From an uncultured Christensenella sp. (GTDB lineage Bacteria; Bacillota; Clostridia; Christensenellales; Borkfalkiaceae): DNA of 64,000 nucleotides. The DNA lies in NCBI GenBank assembly GCA_905203015.1, contig CAJKUC010000004.1:8535-72534 (forward strand), given 5' to 3'. Positions 58,431 through 64,000 of this stretch are shown here, one piece after another; position 1 is the first letter of the stretch, and every line of letters starts with the position of its first letter. A program made the translations under genes and the position numbers. Under the pieces are notes generated by a model. That model was not told where the DNA came from. It ran no database searches and saw only the letters and a list, made by a program, of their open reading frames with translations.

Positions 58431-60977
58431 TTAATCTTTATCGTATTTGCGCAGGATGAGATAATCCACGAGTATACATACGGCGAGCGTACCTAAAACG
58501 ATATAGACGAGCCGCCAGACAAGATCGCGGTTATTGTTTTCTCCGCCGAGAGTCGTCTGATCGGCAACGGGCGTGCTGCCCTTCGTATCCGTTACGTATG
58601 CCGCGGGAAGGTAGCCCGTGCTCGTTTTGCCGGTTTCGTCGGTGTATTCCACCTGATAATACAGCCAGTCCAGTTTTTCCACGCGTTTCAAGACGGTGAT
58701 TTCCGCGTTGCGGGGAAGATAGGTTACGGTGAAAAGTTCGGTGAGATAGGGGTATTTATAAAGGTGCAGGGCGTTCGTGACGTAGCCTTTTCCGCTGTTT
58801 AAAAATTCTTCGGGCGGATCTTTCAGATATTCGTCGGAGGAAATCTGCGAGCAGACGGATTTTTCGGCGAGAGCCGTGTAGTAATCGTTTTTCGATTCGT
58901 CGTAGACGGCGAGGAGCATGAAGCGATCCGTCTGTGCGAGCGCAAGCGCGGAGATACGTTTTTCCGTACGGGCGTGAGAGACGTAAGGGAAATACGCGGC
59001 ATCGCGCAACGATGCGGAATCGAAGCGGATCAGAAGCGTTTTCGCAGGGCAGGAAACGACGGAAAATACCGCGCTTTCCTCGGCGAACAGCGTTTTATCC
59101 GTTCCGCTTACTTCGATCGACTCGAGCGTGGGAAGCGGAAGATCGTACGTTACGGCGATAAAATCTCCGTTATAGAGAACGTACGCCGCGCCCGTTTCCG
59201 CGCCGAATGCGACGGAGAGTACGGGCGTTTCGCTCGTTTGGGAAAAGACGAACGTTTTGGTTTCGCTGTCGTTGAGAGGATAGGAAACCGCCGCGGAGGC
59301 ACCGTTGACGGCGCGTTCCGTGCTTTCGCATTTCACGATCGAACTGCCTTGCAGGGCATAGACGTTACGATCGAAATCGACGAGGAGTTTCGTCGGTGTG
59401 CTTTCGCCCGTAGACGAAGGGAGTTTCGCAACGGCGTCGGCGGGCGTTTTTGCCACGGTTTCGTCGATAAATTCCGATTCCGTGTAAGGATATACAAGAT
59501 CGGAGTGCGCTACGTAGATCGTGCCGAAAATATCGGAGGCGATCATTTTATTCACTTTCCCCGTTTCGCGGGAACTCAAGCGATAGGAAAAATTTTCGTC
59601 TGCGGAAGCGTCGTTTGGAAGAAGGGCGTAGAACGACGTGCCCGTAGCCGCGTAATATGCGCCGTAAACGCACGTAACGCCGACGAACGTTTCTCCGTTT
59701 TTCGCCGAAAATTCGGCGATCGGAGCGATTTTCGAGCCGTCGGCGGGCGTTGCGGAAAGATCGTATACGGCAAGCGTGCCGTCGGCGTTGCCTGTGGCGA
59801 TACATGCCGTTTTTCCGTCGGAGGCGATATATTTCGCGTTATTCGTTCGGATATGCAACGTTTTCGCCGTGCGATCTGCAGCCGTTGCGGCGGAAAGAAC
59901 GTGCAGACGAGGATCGCCGTCCGATTCTTCGCCCGGATCGAGCGCGACGAGCGTATCGCCCGAAAGCACGCAATCGGCGGCGGAGGAAAGCCTGCCGTCG
60001 GAAGGGGAGGACGAAGAAATTTCGTACGAGGTGAAATTACGTGTTTCCGCATTGAGTTGTTTTACGGTCTTTCCGCTTACGACGTAAATCATGCCGTTGT
60101 AAGGAGACGAAACGGAAGAACAGTTTTCCGCGATTTTTTCGGACGTAGCGTCGGCACTTGCATAGCGGCAGGCGTACAGATCTTTCGCCGTATCCGTATA
60201 ATAGCAATAATCGCCGTAGAACGTGACGGACTGTACGGCGGACGGAGACGACGAAGCGGACGAATAAAGTTTTTTCGTGTACCCCGGATCATCCGCGCGG
60301 CTTAAATAGATGCCGGCATTCGTATAATAAAGCGTTTCTCCGTTGTGCGCGAGCGCGGGCTTATCCGTGACGTTCGACGCGAGAGAAACGGGGGAAGCCG
60401 AAAGATCGGAGAGCGGGCGCGAAAAAATATTCGCCGTGGTGCCCGCGATCGTGGTGTAATAGATCGATCCGCCGTGAATATCGAACGCGTTGCACGCTAC
60501 GCCCGTATTCGACGCCGTGAGCGTGGAGACGGAGAGCGTGTAAAGGTACATGCTTTGTACGGAGAAATACAGCGTGCCGTTTTCATCGAATTGCACCTGC
60601 GTGATTTTTTTATCCGTAGATTCGGAATGTTCGTAGTAGGAATAACTTCCCGCAAGTCGATCGTATACGTAAATTTTCAGTCCGTCGGCGATCGCCGTAT
60701 AATTTTCCGTCACCGCTACGGACGAGGGTTCGGAAAGAGGGAGGTATTCTTCGTACGAAGAGGGAAGAAAAAGAGAATCGTTCGCGGAATCCCGCGCCGC
60801 TTCAAAAGGCGCCGCGTCGGCGGAAACGTTTTTTAAATCGCCGTTAAAGCCGTTTTGCGCCGCCGAAAATTCATCCGCCGAAGCGGAGAACAGAGGGGAA
60901 AACGCGGAAAAAAACGTTCCGCAGGAAAGTGCGAACGAAATGATTTTTTTCTGTAGTTTTTTCTTCTTTCGTATCAT
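58431..60977 (-). CDS. large cell-surface protein (848 aa): signal peptide, beta-rich repeat region, bacterial SH3-like domain, C-terminal transmembrane anchor
   Basis: N-terminus 'MIRKKKKLQKKIISFALSCGTFFSAFSPLFSASA'. SH3b-like 'LHLYKYPYLTELFTVTYLPRNAEITVLKRVEKLDWLYYQVEYTDETGKTSTGYLPAAYV'. C-terminal transmembrane helix 'LVYIVLGTLAVCILVDYLIL'. Confidence 0.75.
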   Translation of the reverse strand: MIRKKKKLQKKIISFALSCGTFFSAFSPLFSASADEFSAAQNGFNGDLKNVSADAAPFEAARDSANDSLFLPSSYEEYLPLSEPSSVAVTENYTAIADGLKIYVYDRLAGSYSYYEHSESTDKKITQVQFDENGTLYFSVQSMYLYTLSVSTLTASNTGVACNAFDIHGGSIYYTTIAGTTANIFSRPLSDLSASPVSLASNVTDKPALAHNGETLYYTNAGIYLSRADDPGYTKKLYSSASSSPSAVQSVTFYGDYCYYTDTAKDLYACRYASADATSEKIAENCSSVSSPYNGMIYVVSGKTVKQLNAETRNFTSYEISSSSPSDGRLSSAADCVLSGDTLVALDPGEESDGDPRLHVLSAATAADRTAKTLHIRTNNAKYIASDGKTACIATGNADGTLAVYDLSATPADGSKIAPIAEFSAKNGETFVGVTCVYGAYYAATGTSFYALLPNDASADENFSYRLSSRETGKVNKMIASDIFGTIYVAHSDLVYPYTESEFIDETVAKTPADAVAKLPSSTGESTPTKLLVDFDRNVYALQGSSIVKCESTERAVNGASAAVSYPLNDSETKTFVFSQTSETPVLSVAFGAETGAAYVLYNGDFIAVTYDLPLPTLESIEVSGTDKTLFAEESAVFSVVSCPAKTLLIRFDSASLRDAAYFPYVSHARTEKRISALALAQTDRFMLLAVYDESKNDYYTALAEKSVCSQISSDEYLKDPPEEFLNSGKGYVTNALHLYKYPYLTELFTVTYLPRNAEITVLKRVEKLDWLYYQVEYTDETGKTSTGYLPAAYVTDTKGSTPVADQTTLGGENNNRDLVWRLVYIVLGTLAVCILVDYLILRKYDKD

Positions 60978-60983
60978 AAGAAA

Positions 60984-61012
60984 ATTATATCACGCCCCGA
61001 AAAAAATGTCAA
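60984..61012 (-). promoter_or_regulatory. consensus sigma70 promoter placing the transcription start at or next to the ATG of the surface-protein gene (leaderless mRNA)
   Basis: Minus strand: TTGACA (61012-61007), 17-nt spacer, TATAAT (60989-60984), then only 6 nt before ATG 60977. No SD sequence. Confidence 0.55.
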
Positions 61013-61631
61013 TGATTTTCTCCCTTTGCTTTCTTTGGAAAGTAAAGGGATTTTTTGCGCTTTTTCGGGCGGAAACGTGCGCGCGGCAACGGGCGGAGTA
61101 AGCCCTGTTTTTCTTCGCCGGAAGGAAAAACAAGTGAGAATAGAGGAAAAGAATATCTTACAATAATCGCAGGATATCGTTAAAAATTCAATAAATATTT
61201 TTAATTATTGTAAAATAAAAAAGAGAAAAAGTCGAAAAAAATTTAAAAATATGACGTGAATTGTCATATTTAAAGTAGTATAATAGAACAAAACGAACAT
61301 ACGTTTGTAAATCTTGAAAAAAATATGGCACGCAAACGGGCAAAAATTAAAATTTTATGCGATAATAATTGTGCAAGAGACAAAGCAATGGCGTGTGCGG
61401 CGAAATGTTGCGCGCTTAACGTAGCGGCGCGACGGGGAGAGAAAATGAAAAATTGCGGCGAAGCGGATTTTTGAAGAGAAAGCGAAGCGACGTTTTTTAT
61501 CCGGACGTATGCGGGTATGCGCAACGGAGCGGGCGTAAATTGCGAATCGGAAAACAGATCGGAAGAACGCTTGCGGGCGGCTCTGCGGGAGACAAAAAAT
61601 GATTGACGGGAAATACGGGAGGTTGATTACG

Positions 61632-62204
61632 ATGAAAGACGAAATTACGGGAAACGAAGAGAAAAAAGGCGTGAGGGCGAAGGATTCGGACGCGTACATA
61701 AAAACCGCGCTTTACGTGTATCCCGCGCTGAGAGCGGCGGCGCGGGAAGTGGGCGAACATATACAGAGGAAAGCCTGTTTGTCGTATGTGAGCAGAACGT
61801 CGTGCGAGAATCTTGCGACGTATCTGATCGGGCAGATCGGCGTGAAAGAAAAACTGGAAGAACTGCGTAAAACGCTGGGAGAGATATTGGACAAGTTGTC
61901 GGACACGGAGAGATTTCTGCTGTATGTGCGCTATTTCGGGAACAAGAAAAAATTTCTTTCCGATTTTTCCGACGAAGCAATCCGCAAGATCTGCGGTAGC
62001 CGGCGCAGTTATTACCGCAGACAGGAGCGACTGGTGCGGAAGATCGGAGAAGGGCTGAGAAGCAGGGGTATGACGGCGGATTGCTTTTATCGGGAATACG
62101 GGAACATTGATCTGATCAGGAACGTGGATAAAGCGCTTGCCGCCGGAAGGCGCGGCGCGCAGGGCGCGAGGGAAGAACAGGTGATTTTGCGGCTGGCAAA
62201 ATGA
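61632..62204 (+). CDS. sigma-70 region-4-like HTH protein (candidate phage late regulator or small terminase-like)
   Basis: 'LSDTERFLLYVRYFGNKKKF...ICGSRRSYYRRQERLVRKI' resembles sigma-70 region 4. RBS gggagg. In an AT-rich segment upstream of the terminase. Confidence 0.45.
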   Translation: MKDEITGNEEKKGVRAKDSDAYIKTALYVYPALRAAAREVGEHIQRKACLSYVSRTSCENLATYLIGQIGVKEKLEELRKTLGEILDKLSDTERFLLYVRYFGNKKKFLSDFSDEAIRKICGSRRSYYRRQERLVRKIGEGLRSRGMTADCFYREYGNIDLIRNVDKALAAGRRGAQGAREEQVILRLAK

Positions 62205-62370
62205 GCGCGGAAACGGGCGGGAACGGGCAACGGACGAAAAGCAAAACGTAAAAAATACAAAAAGCCCGAAGGGCGCGAAAACGAAACAGACGAGGAAAAA
62301 CGTTCTTTTCATTTTCGCGAAGGCGGATGTAAGGCGGGCCTGACGGGAGAATATGATTGACGGACCGCCG

Positions 62371-63087
62371 TCAGGACATGGAATCTTCGTCGGGAGGGTA
62401 CGGCTTTTTCGGAGAGCGAAGGATCAGGGCGGCAAGCGTGGGAATCAAAAGACACAAAAGGACGAGAAAGACGATCTGCGCGGGAGTGAGTCCGTTTTTC
62501 TTTTCCTCTTCCGAAACGGGATCTTCCGCGGGGGCGGTGCGTTCGGCGTATTCGGGGTTCCTGGGGTAAGTGAAGCCCATGGGGCGATCGACATAACCGA
62601 AATTGTCGCCGCGAAGGACGTAGCAATACTCTTTTCCGTTTTCGGAATAGTTGCCGTAATAGGTGCATGTGACGGTGTAACGGGAAAGAATATCGCCCGT
62701 TTTATCGGAATAACCGGGGGCGTAATAAGTGATTTCGATTTTTTTATTCAGCCAGGGCGTGGACGGGGTGAAATCCGTTTTTACGACGGACGAGGCGGAC
62801 ACGTAGCCCGTAAGGCGTTTTGCGCCGTCGGTATCGTCGAGATAAGATACGCGGTAGTAACCCTCGGTTTCACCGAGAATACGCACGAAGTAGGTTTCGG
62901 GCAGATAGAAAAGGAGCAGGCGGGAAGCCTCCTCCGCATCGGAATAGAATGCGACGTTCGTATCCGGTATATAGGCGTAAGCCGTTGTTTCTTCCGCGTT
63001 TATCCGCATTGCGTTTTCAAAAAACAACGAGGGAAAAGAAAACAGAAACAAAAACGCGAAAAGAATTGATGCGATTCTTCTTTTCAT
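62371..63087 (-). CDS. hypothetical secreted/membrane-anchored protein (signal peptide plus C-terminal transmembrane helix)
   Basis: N-terminus 'MKRRIASILFAFLFLFSFPSLF'. C-terminal transmembrane helix 'IVFLVLLCLLIPTLAALIL'. TATAAT 8 nt upstream of the ATG and no SD sequence. Confidence 0.55.
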   Translation of the reverse strand: MKRRIASILFAFLFLFSFPSLFFENAMRINAEETTAYAYIPDTNVAFYSDAEEASRLLLFYLPETYFVRILGETEGYYRVSYLDDTDGAKRLTGYVSASSVVKTDFTPSTPWLNKKIEITYYAPGYSDKTGDILSRYTVTCTYYGNYSENGKEYCYVLRGDNFGYVDRPMGFTYPRNPEYAERTAPAEDPVSEEEKKNGLTPAQIVFLVLLCLLIPTLAALILRSPKKPYPPDEDSMS

Positions 63088-63142
63088 ACGACTCTATTAT
63101 AAAGGAGAGAAAAACGGTGATTTTGGGAAATCGGGGCAGAAT

Positions 63143-64000
63143 ATGAGAGATATTGTAGAAAAGATACGGGAGATAGAAGAAGAACAGAAAAAACGCGCGG
63201 CGGAAGATCGGCTGGCGAAATACAATACGGGGCGGAAACGGCATTTAAAGCAGATCGCTTTTCATAAATGCAAAAAGCGCAACAGGTGGGTGTTCGGCGG
63301 AAACCGTTCGGGAAAGACGGAATGCGGGGCGGCGGAGTGCGTTTATTTCGCGAGGGGGATTCATCCGTACAGAAAGAACAGAAAAGATACGATCGGGTGG
63401 GTAGTGTCGCTTTCCACGCAGGTGCAGCGGGACGTGGCGCAGAAGAAGATTTTATCGTATCTGCGCAAGGACTGGATCGACGAAGTGGTGATGCAAAGCG
63501 GCAGGAAGGATACGCCGGAAAGCGGCGTGATCGATTTTATCCGCGTGAAAAACGTATTCGGCGGAATTTCCGTGATCGGATTCAAAAGTTGCGATCAGGG
63601 GAGGGAAAAGTTTCAGGGAACGTCGCTCGATTACGTTTGGTTTGACGAAGAACCGCCCGAGGACATTTACGACGAATGCAGAATGCGCGTTTTCGACCGC
63701 AAGGGGGATATTTTCGGCACGATGACTCCGCTGAAAGGGCTGACGTTTGTGTACGAGAGAATTTATCTGAACAAATTCGACGACAAAGAAGTGTGGTACG
63801 AATTCATGGAATGGGCAGACAACCCGTATCTTTCAAAAGACGAAATCAGCGCGCTTGCCGCGACGATGGACGATACGGCGGCGCAATCGAGGCGATACGG
63901 GAAGTTTGCGGAAAACGCCGCGGGACTTGTGTATCCCGAATTCGACGAGCGGGTGCACGTGATAGAGCCGTTTGCCGTGCCGAAAGAGTGGCAGGACAAT
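63143..64000 (+). CDS. phage terminase large subunit (ATPase domain, PBSX/terminase_6-like); 3' end outside the window
   Basis: Walker A 'VFGGNRSGKTECGAAE' and Walker B/coupling 'LDYVWFDEEPPEDIYDE'. The open frame runs off the window end. Confidence 0.75.
   Translation, partial: MRDIVEKIREIEEEQKKRAAEDRLAKYNTGRKRHLKQIAFHKCKKRNRWVFGGNRSGKTECGAAECVYFARGIHPYRKNRKDTIGWVVSLSTQVQRDVAQKKILSYLRKDWIDEVVMQSGRKDTPESGVIDFIRVKNVFGGISVIGFKSCDQGREKFQGTSLDYVWFDEEPPEDIYDECRMRVFDRKGDIFGTMTPLKGLTFVYERIYLNKFDDKEVWYEFMEWADNPYLSKDEISALAATMDDTAAQSRRYGKFAENAAGLVYPEFDERVHVIEPFAVPKEWQDN

Noticed and set aside
61325-61474. 49-codon Cys-rich ORF as a RiPP precursor
   Set aside because: No SD sequence and no maturation-enzyme genes nearby. 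The region could equally be structured RNA. Kept only as part of the phage-region finding.

Overview
This 64 kb window looks like a Firmicutes/Clostridia-type chromosomal segment of about 55-60% GC. It is largely housekeeping, and I could not assign any novel element to a known family. Read left to right, it contains: the C-terminal piece of a membrane protein; a polar amino-acid ABC transporter (binding protein, permease, ATPase); yerC; comEC; holA; cdaA; a 35-aa cdaR-like stub; lysC; an alpha/beta hydrolase; a small lipoprotein; a phospholipase-D-family protein; a complete V-type ATPase operon (G/H-I-K-E-C-F-A-B-D) behind a consensus sigma70 promoter; and a stand-alone tRNA-Ala(CGC) with its own promoter and terminator. 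Downstream of the tRNA is a small AT-rich islet (lipoprotein, degraded ORF, YcxB-like membrane protein). After that come a MocR-type regulator divergent from an ECF S-component; an iron-type alcohol dehydrogenase; and a second AT-rich islet with two gene fragments (FMN-reductase-like and maltose-acetyltransferase-like) plus a translationally coupled pair of small ORFs behind an AraC regulator. The rest of the core region holds a nag cluster (kinase-nagB-nagA), an XRE regulator, and a DeoR regulator with rhaB-rhaD-fucO. A complete, syntenic ribosomal S10-spc-alpha block (rpsJ through rplQ, including secY-adk-map-infA-rpmJ-rpoA) takes up most of the right half. The final 8 kb contain a ~480-bp tract that is about 90% purine on the + strand with an internal ~80-bp direct repeat, an MmcQ/YjbR gene, a HAD hydrolase, and an 848-aa surface protein expressed from a consensus promoter as a probably leaderless mRNA. 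The window ends in an AT-rich phage-like segment (sigma-70 region-4-like protein, secreted protein, terminase large subunit running off the edge). No CRISPR array, transposase or rRNA gene was seen. The most unusual items are the polypurine tract, the truncated cdaR, the gene-fragment islet with the coupled small ORF pair, a promoter module repeated at two ribosomal/dehydrogenase operons, and the leaderless surface-protein gene.
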